The notes below the pieces were generated by a model that was not told the DNA's origin, did no database searches, and worked only from the letters and a program-made list of their open reading frames with translations. A DNA stretch of 64,000 nt, from contig NC_042997.1 of NCBI RefSeq assembly GCF_006345805.1, positions 20,398,001 through 20,462,000 of the forward strand. The letters are read 5' to 3'. Of the stretch, positions 51,624 through 64,000 are shown one piece after another. Numbering within the stretch: position 1 is the first letter of the stretch; each line of letters begins with the position of its first letter. This DNA is from Octopus sinensis. Lineage: Eukaryota. The position numbers and the translations under genes were made by a program.

Positions 51624-52372
51624 AAAAGTGCCACACCCTAGCAGTTGAGGGAACCTGTGGAAGAAGTAGACCCAGGAAGACCTGGGATGAAGTGGTGAAG
51701 CACAACCTTTGAAAATTAAGCCTCACCGAGACAATGACTAGTGACCAAGGCTTTTGGAAATATGCTGTGCTTGAGAAGACCCAGCAAGCCAAGTGAGACC
51801 ATAACCTCATGACCTATGCCAGGGCTGTCCTTCATTGGACACTAAAATCTGCTTGCAAAGACCTGTTGAGGTAAGTGAAATTGAAATTGATATCAATTCG
51901 ATGACTGGCATCCATACTAGTGGAATGCTAAGAGCACCATCTGAGCGTGATCTTTGTCAGAGCAGCTAACAGGCTTCTGTGCTAGTGGCATGTAAAAAGC
52001 ACCATTTGAACGTGATCGTTACCGGCGTCGCCTTACTGGCATTTGTGCTGGTGGCATGTGAAAAAACATTCAAGCGAGGTCATTGCCAGTGCCGCTGAAC
52101 TGGCTCCTGTGCAGGTGGCACGTAAAAAACACCATTTGAGCATGGCCGTTGCCAGTACTGCCTGACTGACCCTCGTGCCAGTGGCATGTAAAAGCACCCA
52201 CTACACTCTCAGACTGGTTGACGTTAGGAAGGGCATCCGGCTGTAGAAACTCTGCCAGATCAGATTGGAGCCTGGTGCAGCCATCTAGTTTGCCAGTCCT
52301 CAGTCAAATCGTCCAACCCATGCTAGCATGGAAAGCGGATGTTAAATGATGAGGATGATGATGATGATGATG
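51624..52372 (+). mobile_element. 5'-truncated RTE LINE 3' end (UTR subrepeats + (GAT)n)
   Basis: Aligns with 815-1470. Possible 4-bp TSD aaga (51620-51623 / 52373-52376). Confidence 0.9.
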
Positions 52373-53411
52373 AAGATGAGGACAAATATCTGTTGAATGT
52401 AAATAATGTACATAATTCCTCATCTGTTAAATATAGAACTGTAACACAATATACTTCTTGACAATATTATAGACATCACTTACACATGTTTAATAGCACA
52501 AAACAATACCTATGAATGCTTAGAAAACTTTAGGCCTATCATTAGCTTCAGTACCCCAGTTATCATTTCTTAATTTTACAAGAATTTTCCCAGTTGCTTT
52601 GTATGTATTCTTCATTTGGGCTATTAATATATTTTATGTTGCGAGGGTGTTAGACCGATAGAATTGGTAAGGCAAAAGACAAAATGCATGGTGGTATTTA
52701 GCTGCATAACTTTATGTTTGGATTTCAAATACAGAGGAGATTAACATTGTCCTTCATTCTGCTGTAGTTTATAAAAGAAGCTGCAGTTGAATATTGAAGT
52801 TGATCTAATTGACTACGTCCATTCCCTACATTTGAAGCCTTGCATACAGAGGAGAAATTAAATAGATTATATTTTATCTGTAAAACAGATTATATTAAAA
52901 ATAGATTATATTTTATCTGTTTTTCTTTTATGCTACTGATTTTTGCTTATGTTGTACAAGGATTCTATAATATTCTTGTGTAGTATATCTAATATTGGCC
53001 AGTTATGGCACTTATAACATAGAATACTTGTAATTCTGAACATTAAGTATTCTCTTCAAAGGTGTGCTTTCTCTTACAGATAATTTTATGTGTGAGTGAA
53101 CAATCAATATTTGTATTAGGGTAAGCAAAATGTTTGCGTGTTTTGTGTAAAGTGTAGTGGCGTAAGTGTTGTCAAGATCTTTGAGTTCATAATAACTCTA
53201 AATTATAGTTGAATCTAAGTATTGTATTATTTCATAATAGCCTCTTGAAGTTGTATAATTATTTCATATCTTGGACAAATACATCTATATCTTCAGCATA
53301 TCAGTAGCATATTGATGAAGTTGCATTCTACCAAATTAGAACTATATTTTGCATGCTACATAGGTAAAAGCTTGTGATGATAGTTCCAAATATTTACTGT
53401 TCAACACAACA

Positions 53412-53791
53412 TTTATATATATATATATAAAGCTGAAGTTGTCTGTGTGTGGCAGGTTTGGTAACCTTCAACTAACACTATCTCCTCTGAGACCCTGCGA
53501 CACAAGTTGACCAAAATTGAGAGTATGATAGAAAGCATGCTCTTCCTTCCGTAGAAGAAAAAATTCAAATTGGACCATGTTAACACCAAAAATTATTTAC
53601 ATCAAAAAGGTGCTTTTTTCTATGAAAATCCCTATTTTTTACGATCTTTTGATTGCTGTGTCGCCATTTTTCGGTGTATTTCAACCAGAAAAATGTTCAC
53701 TTAAGCTACATAATGCAAAAGTTTTACTGTTAAAAAATTTCAATTCTAAAAGGTTGAAACAAACCCGAGCAACGCCAGGCGATACTGCTAG
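53412..53791 (+). mobile_element. Non-autonomous Helitron-like element, second copy
   Basis: Reverse complement of 34186-34576. Hairpin cccgagcaacgccagg, end CTAG|t. Confidence 0.82.
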
Positions 53792-54631
53792 TATGTATAA
53801 AAAATAGAAAGTTAGGTTTGTGATTTCAATTCCTTTACACGTGTTTTTTCAGTTAAGGTTGCACAATATACTTTAGTGTAATTAGCCATTAGTAAGTGTA
53901 TGCATGGATAATAACTATAGTTATTTATCTCCTGGTCATCCCTTATCTAAGAAACTTATGACCCTTATCATTAGTTACTCAGTTGTCCTTGACACCCTCA
54001 CTTCCTCCTGCTAACAGGATCACACCATTCCATTGAGAGAATGCTCTGCTCTCCAATGTTTCAAGTGGTAGCTTTGTGCTTTTATGGATCTGAGGAGTCC
54101 ACATATTGGGAAGTCCACATTTTGGTAAGTCTACCTCATGATTTAATGTCTGAGAAGTCTTGGTAAAATACCTGATCTGTTCTGTCATTGGTTGGTTTTC
54201 TTATTACATCGTCTCCACTTCTTATCAACTTTATATTCTTACTTCTGTCTCCACTTTCTTATCAACTTTATATTGTGGTATTGATATGATTTTGAAAACT
54301 TGCAGGCTCAAAACATTTTAGAAATATAGCAGTTATAATAAAGGTTGAACCTAGACTCTTCTAAATATCGCTATAATATCCAATATTGACAACTACTCTT
54401 GTACTGGCATCTGTAACCATTATATATTATGTTGCATTTTATGACTGCATTATAAAAAAATTCAAGAGGAACAGCTGTCATAAATCTTAAATACTATTTG
54501 TGTTTACTTTTCATATGCACACACACACACATACTCACACACATATATATTTGTTTGTGTGTGTGTGTGTGTGTGTGTGTCCTGTTGATAGTCAGTCATA
54601 TGTGTCTGTTGTTGCCCTGTGGCAGGTAGCA

Positions 54632-54863
54632 GAAATGAGCTGGCAGAATTGTTAGCACACCGGGCGAAATGCTTAGCGGTATTTCATCTGACACTACATT
54701 CTGAGTTCAAATTCCGCCGAGATTGACTTTGCCTTTCATCCTTTCAGGGTCGATTAAATAAGTACCAGTTACACCCTGGGGGTCGATGTAATCGACTTAA
54801 TCCCTTTGTCTGTCCTTGTTTGTCCCCTCTATGTTTAGTCCCTTGTGGGCAAAAAAGAAATAA
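54632..54863 (+). mobile_element. SINE family A
   Basis: Aligns with 17852-18084. Confidence 0.88.
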
Positions 54864-55014
54864 GAAATGAGTGTTTGCCAAGCAAAAACAGTTTTTGATC
54901 CAACGTCCATGCACTGAGCCACTGCAGGATGGGCACTGGTGTGGGGATGAGCCAGTGAGCTGGGTTCATCACCACTGTGTGCTTCAGGGAGGGAGAGGCA
55001 GAAATATATGTGTA

Positions 55015-55050
<36 letters not shown>

Positions 55051-55199
55051 AATTTTTATATATATGAAAACTACAACACGAGGATGGAAGATATCAGGCT
55101 TTAATTGTAGATCATATTTTTCAGCAACAACCATGTGTGGATTCCTCATGAAGTATTCCACCTCATGCTGTGCCCATACACAGCTGTTGCTGGAAAATA

Positions 55200-55361
55200 T
55201 TCCATGGCTGCGTGGTAAGAAGCTTGTTTCTCAACTGCATGCTTCCAGCTTCGGTCCCATTGCATGGCAACTTTGGTAAGTGGCTTCTACTATAGCCTCA
55301 AAACAACCAAAGCCTTGTGAATGGATTTGGTAGGTAGACAGAGACTGAAAGAAGACAATCT

Positions 55362-55393
<32 letters not shown>
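55200..55393 (+). mobile_element. SINE family C, 5' half ending in (TA)n; the 3' half resumes at ~58600-58930
   Basis: tggctgcgtggtaagaagc...ctactatagcc...ccaaagccttgtgaatggatttgg...ctgaaagaag aligns with 27464-27620. 58760-58930 aligns with 27670-27875. Confidence 0.7.
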
Positions 55394-55396
<3 letters not shown>

Positions 55397-57478
55397 TTTA
55401 TTCAATTTGATATCAATAATTATTATTTGAGTATTTCCCCCATTTTGCTAAATAAATCGCTTATTTTTGCTATGAATCGCTCCCTCATATCTAGAGATGA
55501 AATCGACATAGTACTATTAGCTAGGAAAATTATTATAGAATTTGAAGGAAAATTATAGACTAGAGCAGATACCCCTAACAATTTTGATATACCCATGGGT
55601 TCTAGTGATTCGGCTGAGATAACAAATTTGGTAGGTGCATATCAATTAAAATGCATAAAAAAGGAAATCCCGGAATTACAAGGTGGTCTATATAGGGATG
55701 ATGCTCTGTTTGTTATTCCTAGTAATAATAAATCTAGCATTGAACGGATTAGAAAGAAAATTAACAGGTTCTTTAAAGATTTTAACCTTAGCATAACTTA
55801 TGAACCTGGCACTAAAGTAGTCAATTTCCTGGATATCACATTAGACCTTAACTCTAAGCTGCATTACCCATTTAGAAAGGAAGGTGAAATCACTAGATAC
55901 GTAAATAAATTATCTAATCATCCCCCAAATATAATAAAATCTTTAGTTCGAAATATTTCCTTAAGAATTTCCAAATTGTCATCGAATAATGATATATTTA
56001 ACTCTCACTCTAAGCATTATAACACAGCATTATCTAAAGCAGGATATAAACAAGAGATTACCTTTATTGACAAGGCGAGCTTACATATCCCTAATAATGG
56101 AGTGAACATTAACTACGTAAACAAAAACATAGATCACGCACGTAATAAAAATAAAAATAGATTTACGATAGCAACAAATCCAGCGTCCAAACCAAAACAT
56201 AAAAATAAAAATATAGACCAGAGCATAGGTAATTTTGATAAAACTAATTTAGATAAATCTAAAAAGCATACAAATAATAGTAATAAGAATAATGATTATG
56301 GTGGGATCAATAATAATTCAACTAACCCTAACTCTAATTTTAGAAAATATAATAAAGAAGATATAATCTGGTTGAATATTCCTTTTAACTGTGCGATATT
56401 ATCGAATATATACGGCAAATTCAAAGTAATACTAGAAAAACATTTTCCAGCCTCTCATAAGTATCATAGAATAATTTCTAAGAGAACGGTTAGGACTTCT
56501 TACTCAACCCTCCCAAATATGTCCACTACAATAGCTAGAATTAATAATAAAAACATTAAGTTAGCCAGGAATAATAAGACTAATTCCAGCATGAATACCA
56601 ATAATAATTGTAATAATATTATCATAGATAAAAATAAAAATAAAAATAAAAATAATAGCAACAATAATAAGAATTATCAAAATAAGTGCAGCATCAACAG
56701 CAATGGAATAACTAATAATGATATTGATATTAATAGGAATAATAATAATGATAATAATATGAGCAATACAAATTGAAATAATATCGGAAATGAAGATAAC
56801 AACGATATCTATAGCAGTAATAAGCATTCGGATATTAAAACAAACAATAATAATAGCAATACCAATAATGTTGATAATTATGATATGACTATGGTAGATC
56901 TAAATGATAGTATAATCGGATTGATAAATGGTAACACAACTTCAGATAACAATATTATCGATAATAACGATAATAATACTCATAATAATTTGAATAGCAG
57001 CAATATGAGAGATCTATCCTTAAATAATTCTAAATCAGAAAATTATCTCCCTAGTTGCAATTGCAGGATTAAGTCAAAATGCCCGGCATCTGGTCTGTGT
57101 GGGGCCCATAATGTAATCTATAAATGTACTATAACTACTGCGAATAGCAAATTCTTTTATCTGGGTTGTACTATAAAATTTAAACAAAGAATAAGCAATC
57201 ATCTCTTCTCCTTTAAGTTACGTCATAAAGCTAGCTGTACCACATTTTCCAGTAAGATCTGGGAACTCAAAACTAATAATATTAAATATAACCTAAAATG
57301 GGAAATAGCTAGAAAGGCAATGCCTTATAAAAATAATAGGGTAGGTTGCCAACTCTGCTCCATGGAGACATCTGAAATTCTAAAACATAGAAAAAATAAA
57401 GACCTATTGAATAACCGTATAGAGTTAGGCCTGTCTTGCATTCATTCAAAAATCAAAACTCTCAAATATTTTAAATAG
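55394..57478 (+). pseudogene. PLE reverse transcriptase + GIY-YIG endonuclease, single frame with two premature stops
   Basis: The ORFs at 55595 and 56885 are in the same frame. Upstream extension reads SFIQFDINNYYLSIS...ARK...GKL*(TAG 55556-55558)...NFDIPMGSSDSAEITNLVG..GLYRDD. TGA at 56774-56776. Then CNCR....CP..G.C, VIYKC..FYLG..FKQRI.NH..SF, C.LC..E, LLNNRIEL..C.H. Confidence 0.92.
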
Positions 57479-57563
57479 AAATCGTATAGAATAACCGTAT
57501 TTAGCTAGGTCGGTCTGGCATTCACTTAAAAATCAAAACTCTAAAACATTTTAAATTGAAATC
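57409..57563 (+). repeat. Diverged tandem duplication (80-bp period) of the PLE ORF end
   Basis: gaataaccgtat...aaaaatcaaaactct...ttttaaat(a/t)gaaatc at 57409-57483 and 57489-57563. Confidence 0.85.
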
Positions 57564-58477
57564 TGTTGGCTCTTCCACTGGTGTTCCTTCTTTCTAACTG
57601 TACCTTTTTAATTATAAAAATAAATAGTATTTGTACGATGCTAATTTAATTTAATTGTCTATATAGTCAATTTGATTAACCTAACTTCAATCATATAAAT
57701 TTTGCTAATATTCCCCAATTCTAAATTTAATAAGTAATACTATTCCCTTAAAGATACAAGTAATTTCTCTATATACTTTGAAAAAGAAAAATTCTCCCAC
57801 CATTTACTATTGAACTTAATTTGACCTATAGATGTTGACCAAAATTCTTTCTTACAATATATACATATGTTAAAATAGAAACAATAATAAATAAATAACC
57901 TTCTATTCTAGTGTTACCCTTAACTTTCTTACTGTATCTTCCTCTACTGATAGCCTTTTACCCCTTTAATGTCTTCCTTTGATCTCTCGGTATTCTTTAC
58001 CATTAACACTGTGAGGGTCTCAGTTCCTGACAGGTGGTGGTCAAACTTAATATTCCTTTATAAATCTAAAATTCCTTCAACACTGACCTAGATTTTCTGT
58101 CACCACAGAAATAAACCAACCTTTGTCTATGGTGTATTTATGTCTTCTTACTCCTCTACTCCCTCCCTCCCATTATGTCCTTTATTTGGGCTTGCTACTA
58201 CAACCAAATTCTGTTTACAACAACTTAGTTGTGAAATGAACCGGCGTGTGACCAGCAGCTTTCCTCATGTCTCCGGAAATTATACTTACATTTTAATGGA
58301 TGGATTCACTTCTCTGGGAAGTTAATAATCTTTTTTAAAAACTTTTTATAAAACTGTGCATCATTAGAAAGCATTTTAAGTCTGCATATAATTTGACTGT
58401 AAATTTCATAGAACTCACTCCTAATACTTCATGAGGATAATCAAACTCTCTAGGATGTCTGGAAAACATATATGTGA

Positions 58478-58566
58478 TTTAGCTGATCAATACTGGACAT
58501 TTGTATTTGCTGCAATATTTGCAGCTTCAAATAAAATTGCTCTTAGTATGAAACAATTGTACTAAA
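58478..58566 (+). ncRNA. PLE 3' hammerhead ribozyme with large loop 2 and a G8C core change
   Basis: tttag-CTGATCA-atactgg...ttagtat (7-bp stem II; internal gctgcaa/ttgcagc hairpin)-GAAA-caattg-TA-ctaaa. Palindromic stem III acaattgt, triplet GUA. Confidence 0.75.
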
Positions 58567-58669
58567 CTACGAATCCATTCTTGTTGCTTTTTTCTTGGTT
58601 ATATATATATATATATATCATCATCATCATTTAAAGTCCGTTTTCCATGCCTGCATGGGTTGGACGGTA

Positions 58670-58712
<43 letters not shown>

Positions 58713-61358
58713 ATATATATATATGTTATAATGGTAGTATTTATATATATGTATATATAGATGCATGTGTATCTTTGCGTTTGTCCCTACCATCACAACA
58801 TGACAACTGGTGTTGGTGTGTTTACATCCCTGTAAGTTAGCAGTTTTGGAAATGTGACCTATAGAATAAATATTAGGCGTAAAAAACATAAGCAGAGCCA
58901 CAGTCAGATGATTGGAACAAATAAAAGAATAAAACAATATATAACAGTTATAAAAAATAAACTTGTATAATGGTGTTTGAATATAAGCTCAGTAACTTAA
59001 ACCTGGTGTGTTGTATAGAAACAAAGGTTGTGATCTGCTACTAAGGCTTGATATCTTCCATCCTCACATTATATTATTCTTATATTAATCGTATGTATAG
59101 AAGAGTTCTATATGTGTATGCAGCTCTAGAAAGTATCCTTCTATAGAATAACATGTGATAGCCAAATAATGGCATAAGAACTCTTAAATGCATGTTATGA
59201 GGTTTTTACCTTAATTATACTAAATGCAAAGATACATACACACACAACCCACAGAACATATACACTTACATATATATATATATAAGCACACAAAGATAGA
59301 GAGGGAAAGTGGGGGGAGAGACAAGATGAAGAATTATGTATTCAGTCAAAATTAATTACAATTATAGTTGCAATCTCTTGACAGACACTTCTTTTCATTC
59401 AGCTTGTTTATCTCCTAAAGTATGTCTTTATTGCAGAGTGCTTCACTTCCATACGCCTCTGTTTTAATGTGTTAACTAATTATCTTTATACCAACTTAGA
59501 AACAAATGGCATAGTGAGAATATAAATTTATATTTCATATGCATCAATTTGAGAGTGCATATCTAAGCATTTCTTTCAATATTTCTGTATCTGTTTGGTT
59601 ACCTAATATCATGGTTTTCATTTGGCTTCTGAATATTGTTAATAAAAAAATATGAACTGCAAATTATAACTTTACAATTACTATCTGAAATTGGTTTACA
59701 TGAATTAAATATTATTAAACTAAAGTAAGAAGAGAATTGTCCTAGAATTATTGATAATTTTATTGCACCTATGATAATCTATTTTCATTGTCTTAGTCAA
59801 ACCAACACATTTCAAGAATAATTTCCTCTCAATTTTTAATTGTATTGTAGTTTTTCTCAATCCTACATATCTTGCTGCAACATCTTTTTTAATTACCACA
59901 CTGTTTCCAACTTCCTTAACACAAGAAGTAAAAAAAACAAACAAAAAAAAAACAAAAAAGAAAAAGATATATAAAAACTGTAAAATAATCAAAATAAAAT
60001 AAAAATATTGTTATTCACACTCTCCTGATTACACTTCTGTATTTTGGGGAAAATTCTTTATAAATTATTCTAAGCATTTCTTTTTGGATTTCTTTGTTTT
60101 TTGCCTTGCTTTCTTATATTTGCTTCTTTCTGTATTGTATAGTATATTAGATTATTATTCAATGAAAGAATTCCCACATAAATTCTTTCTTGCCTATGTA
60201 TGGCTTGCATTCATTTATTTATTTAAAATTATCAACAAAACTTGTAATATTTATGCATGTTTCTAGTATCTAGTTTTCAATTTCAGAAGGACTTGTGAAA
60301 TTAATCTTATGTCTATGTGGTATTAAATATATAAAAAAGAAGAAAATATCCAAGTAAATATTAATGGTATCACACTGAATAATATATTACATCAATGTTA
60401 ATAAACAAAATAGAATATGAAACAAAAACACTACAAAACAGGAATTTGTGAATCATCAGGAAAAACAATTCAATGCTCCAGACTATTTATTATTCAATGT
60501 TCTTAATAAACTGTGTTTTCATGCTGTTGCTTACAATGTGTATATAACACATATTCAATAAAGAGATAGAGCAAGTGAAACAGAAAGAGTGAGAGAGAGA
60601 GAGATTCGGTTTTTTTTTTATTGTTTCAAAAGAAGGCTGATTTATGTAGTGAAAGTTTTGTGTAATTTAGCAAGAATTTGCCTGTTGTGAGAGGTAAATA
60701 TTTCTACACTTAGAAATGAAATAAAATTCTGTTCTCAAATGGGAGACTTGTTCTTGGATGTTCAACAAAAAAGAAAGATGGAATATTTCTCAAAACTTGT
60801 TCTCATTTTTTATTATTATCTTTTTTTTCTATTATTTTATTACATTTTCCTATTGTTTATTGTTTCATGCCAGCATGGTTTGGATTTTCTATGATCTGTT
60901 GGAAAAGATAATTTATAAAGCAAAGTATAGAAGGTGTTTATTTTCAGCAACATTGGCTGTTGTGCTTGATTAAATTGCATGGCTTTGACTTAAATTCTTG
61001 TATTCCAGTGACCTCAACATCCAGACACTATTTTGTTAGAATTATTGAAATTATTTATACAAACCATTGAAAAAGTGCTTTAAAGAAAACCTTTCTATTC
61101 TTCTAGAATTACTGAACCAGCAGCCTTATCAGCCAACTAATCAAAAAGATGCTCAGAATTTTCTTTAACAAACAGTTATGAGAAATTAGAATGCACTTTT
61201 GCATGTCTTTTTACAAAAGTGTATTCTTGGAATTAAAATGTTAGCACACAACAATGTAATGAAATAAAGCATTTTGAATGAATCTGATTTGGAAAGTTTA
61301 AATGTCAATTTACGAAAATAACAGTCAGTTTTCATGTAAATCTGGAGTCATACATATA

Positions 61359-62120
61359 TAGGGTGCAGTGAATAAACTGTCGTTTGAATTATGTCAAAAT
61401 GAAAATAACACTGGCATCTCATTTTAACAGGTATATTTAGCAAAAGTACATAAAAATATATTAAAATACTAAAGAGTAAATTCATTCAATAACATCGCCA
61501 TTGACTTTAACCACAACCTCCAAACAACTTTGGAATCTCCTGCAACTCTTGGATGGTCTCCTTGTTTAAGTTGGTGAATGCTGCCATAATCCTTGCCTTC
61601 AGTTCATCTTTGGTGTTACAAGGAGTTTTGTTGGTCTCTCGCTCAACTACGCCCCACACATAATAATCAAGGGGGTTGTAGTCTGGGGAGTTAGGTGGCC
61701 AGATGTTAGGGATGATGTGGTTGCAGAAATTGACTGGGTTCTCTGGTTTGTGTGGCATGGTGCAGAGTACTTTTGCTGATATAGGGCCTTCCAGCAGCCA
61801 CCCTCTTGACCCAGGGCAGTGCCCCCTCCTCTAGATACTTGATGTAGGCCTACATGTTAAGTGTGAGGCCATGTAGGAAGATGAGTGGAGGCATAATGTC
61901 GCCATCACTAGTGATCACTCCAGACACCATGATGTTGACTGGATGTTTGGTTTTTATCACTCTCAGTACGTCCTCATTGACACCCAAGTACTCTGAAATG
62001 TTTGTTTTGGAGTTTCTGGAGTGAATGCCAACTACACAAATTTCTGTGTAGTTGACAAAATCAAAAACAAGCAATGCACATGCACGAAATTAAAAATATA
62101 AAATGGCGACAATTTACCCG
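61359..62120 (-). mobile_element. Internally deleted Tc1/mariner-superfamily transposon (probably maT/DD37D type)
   Basis: The minus strand reads TKHPVNIMVSGVITSDG..MPPLIF, QQ.YSAPCH, WPPNSPDYNPLDYYVWG...ELKARI. Partial TIR match (gaataaactgtcg vs gggtaaattgtcg) and TA flank at 61357-61358. Confidence 0.85.
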
Positions 62121-62129
62121 TTATATGTG

Positions 62130-62360
62130 TGTGTGTGTGTGTGTGTGTCTTTGTGTCTGTGTTTATCCCCCACCATCAATTGACAACCAGTGTTGGTGTT
62201 TCACATCCCCATAACATAGTGGTTAAGCAAAAGAGACTGATAAAACGAGTAACAGGTTTAAAGAAACTGGAGTTGATTCATCTGACTAAAAGTTCTTCAA
62301 GGTGATGCCCCAGTATGGCCACAGTCATATGAATGAAACAAGAAAGAGATAAAAGATGAA
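62130..62360 (+). mobile_element. SINE family C, 3' half
   Basis: Aligns with 27670-27875 after a (TG)n tract. Confidence 0.7.
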
Positions 62361-62399
62361 ATTTTTATGGTACATTTTAATTTTTTTTTTACGCCCTTT

Positions 62400-62645
62400 T
62401 CAAGTTTAGCCAGGCTCATGGGCCCGGTTTCCCGGTTTCTAAGGTGTATGTGTTCCCCCCACCCACCAGCTGGACGGAACGCCAGTCCATTGCAGCGTTA
62501 CTCATTTTTGCCGGCTGAGTGAACTGGAGCAATGTGAAATGAAGTGTTTTTTCTCAAGAACACAACGCATCGCCCAGTCCAGGAATTGAAACCACAATCT
62601 TATGATCATAATGCTGACGCCCTACCCAATAAGCCACACACCTCC
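62400..62645 (-). mobile_element. SINE family B variant
   Basis: The reverse complement has a tRNA-like head (gtttcaattcc B box) and core cgttgtgttcttgagaaaaaacacttcatttcacattgctccagttcactcagc. Confidence 0.75.
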
Positions 62646-63395
62646 ACACATTTTAATTTAGATTACATTAAAACATGTATCTTAGAACCAGGGTTAGTCT
62701 GAGACAGGTTGATATGAGAAGGGTTAAATGACTTGGATTCAACTTGGGAAACATCTCATTACCAAACATTACATTGTAAGAAATAGTTGAAGTCAATTAC
62801 AGACATAATGACTATGTACTGAACAGAATAAATAAAAGCTTGGACAGTTTAAAATTCCTTTCTTTAGCTCCATTGTAAATGAAAGAAAACAAAGGAAGGC
62901 CATGATTAGTGTAATACTAGTTTCACTCTTCTAATATTTAATGGATAAATGCTTAATGACAATTAAGAAGATATTTATTATAGGTGGCTATTCATGCCTA
63001 ATGTCGATCATACAAATTTCAAGTGATTGCTAAACCTATATTTCATTTAAAAGAATGGTTGGTGGGAGGGACTTACACAAGGTCACCTTCTATATCAAAA
63101 ACAAATAGCTATATTCATACCAACATAATGCTGTGAGGAAAAGAAAGGCAGTTTATAATTAATTAAATTTATGCTAATTGTAGGTGCATAAAGCCACGCA
63201 GATGTTACAGTGTAGTTAAGACATTCACTTTGAAACTACATTGTTAAGGGTTCAATTCTATTGCATGGCTTCTGTCAACTGGTGCCCTCTTTTATGGACA
63301 TGAGTTGACCAATAACTTTTGAGTGAAATTTGGCAGAGAGAAACTGGAAGGAAATTACTATTTGGGTGTGTGTGTGTGTGTGTGTATGTATAAAT

Positions 63396-63629
63396 ATATT
63401 TCTTTACTACTCACAAGGGGCTAAACACAGAGGAGAAAAACAAGGACAGACAAAGGGATTAAGTCGATTACATCGACTCCAGTGCATAACTGGTACTTAA
63501 TTTATCGACCCCGAAAGGATGAAAGGCAAAGTCGACCTCGGCGGAATTTGAACTTGGAACGTAACGGCAGGCGAAATACGGCAATGCATTTCGCCCGGCA
63601 TGCTAACGTTTCTGCTAGCTTGCCGCCTT
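63396..63629 (-). mobile_element. SINE family A
   Basis: Reverse complement of family A. Confidence 0.9.
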
Positions 63630-63669
63630 GTGTGTATGTATAAATAGATATGGGTACACACACAGACAC

Positions 63670-64000
63670 ATATATCATCAACATCATCGTCATTTAACAT
63701 CTGTGTTCCATGCTGGCATAGGTTGGATGGTTTGACTGAAAACTGATAAGCTGGCATGGTTTCTTCAGCTGGCTGCCCTTCCCAAAACCAGCAACTTCAA
63801 GAAAGTAGTGGGTGCTTTTCACATGCCACTGGCATGGGTGCCAGTTATGAAACACCAGCATAGGTGACAACTATGATCTCACTTGGCTTGACAGGTTTTC
63901 TCAAGCATGGTGTATCATCAATGGTCTTGGTCACTTGTCTCAGTGAGGCCCAAAGTTCAAATGGTGCTTTTTACATGCCACCAGCATGGTTGCCAGGTAT
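63670..64000 (-). mobile_element. Degenerate RTE 3' UTR/tail running off the window
   Basis: (ATC)n-gtcatttaacatctgtgttccatgctggcataggttgg and gtgcttttcacatgccac subrepeats. Confidence 0.65.

Larger units (their letters stand above)
55394..58599 (+). mobile_element. 5'-truncated Naiad-type Penelope-like retroelement between (TA)n tracts
   Basis: RT + GIY-YIG frame 55394-57478, ~1.1-kb 3' UTR, HHR at 58478-58566, (TA)n on both sides. Confidence 0.9.

Noticed and set aside
53250-53305. Minus-strand CTGAAGA...GAAA-taatta-ta with a palindromic stem III
   Set aside because: Stems I and II have only 2-3 AT-rich pairs, which is expected by chance.
53979-54188. 69-aa minus-strand ORF faintly resembling a CR1-type LINE end
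   Set aside because: The similarity is too weak to call without a search.

Overview
AT-rich, microsatellite-dense eukaryotic DNA with no recognisable host protein-coding exon. The repeat set looks like octopus (coleoid cephalopod) intronic or intergenic sequence; this is inferred from recalled repeat families, not from a search. The repeats are several tRNA-derived SINE families, RTE LINEs with (GAT)n tails, R4/Dong-type LINE pieces next to (AAT)n, Helitrons and Tc1/hAT relics. Most ORFs in the supplied track are microsatellite artefacts. The main signal is a Penelope-like element (PLE) and hammerhead ribozyme (HHR) system. (1) A ~3.2-kb Naiad-type PLE (55394-58599) has one RT+GIY-YIG reading frame broken by only two stops, large Asn-rich in-frame expansions and a 3' HHR. 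(2) A second, decayed Naiad-type PLE lies at ~41.2-42.0 kb. (3) Several unrelated short non-coding elements carry type I hammerheads: a 351-bp-unit direct-plus-inverted insertion with an 11-bp TSD (5496-6185), a 357-bp palindrome with an HHR as its spacer (2146-2502), a tRNA-headed SINE ending in an HHR (51381-51623), and a decayed HHR (~19040). All hammerheads were folded by eye, and all coordinates were counted by hand, so ends may be off by a few bases.
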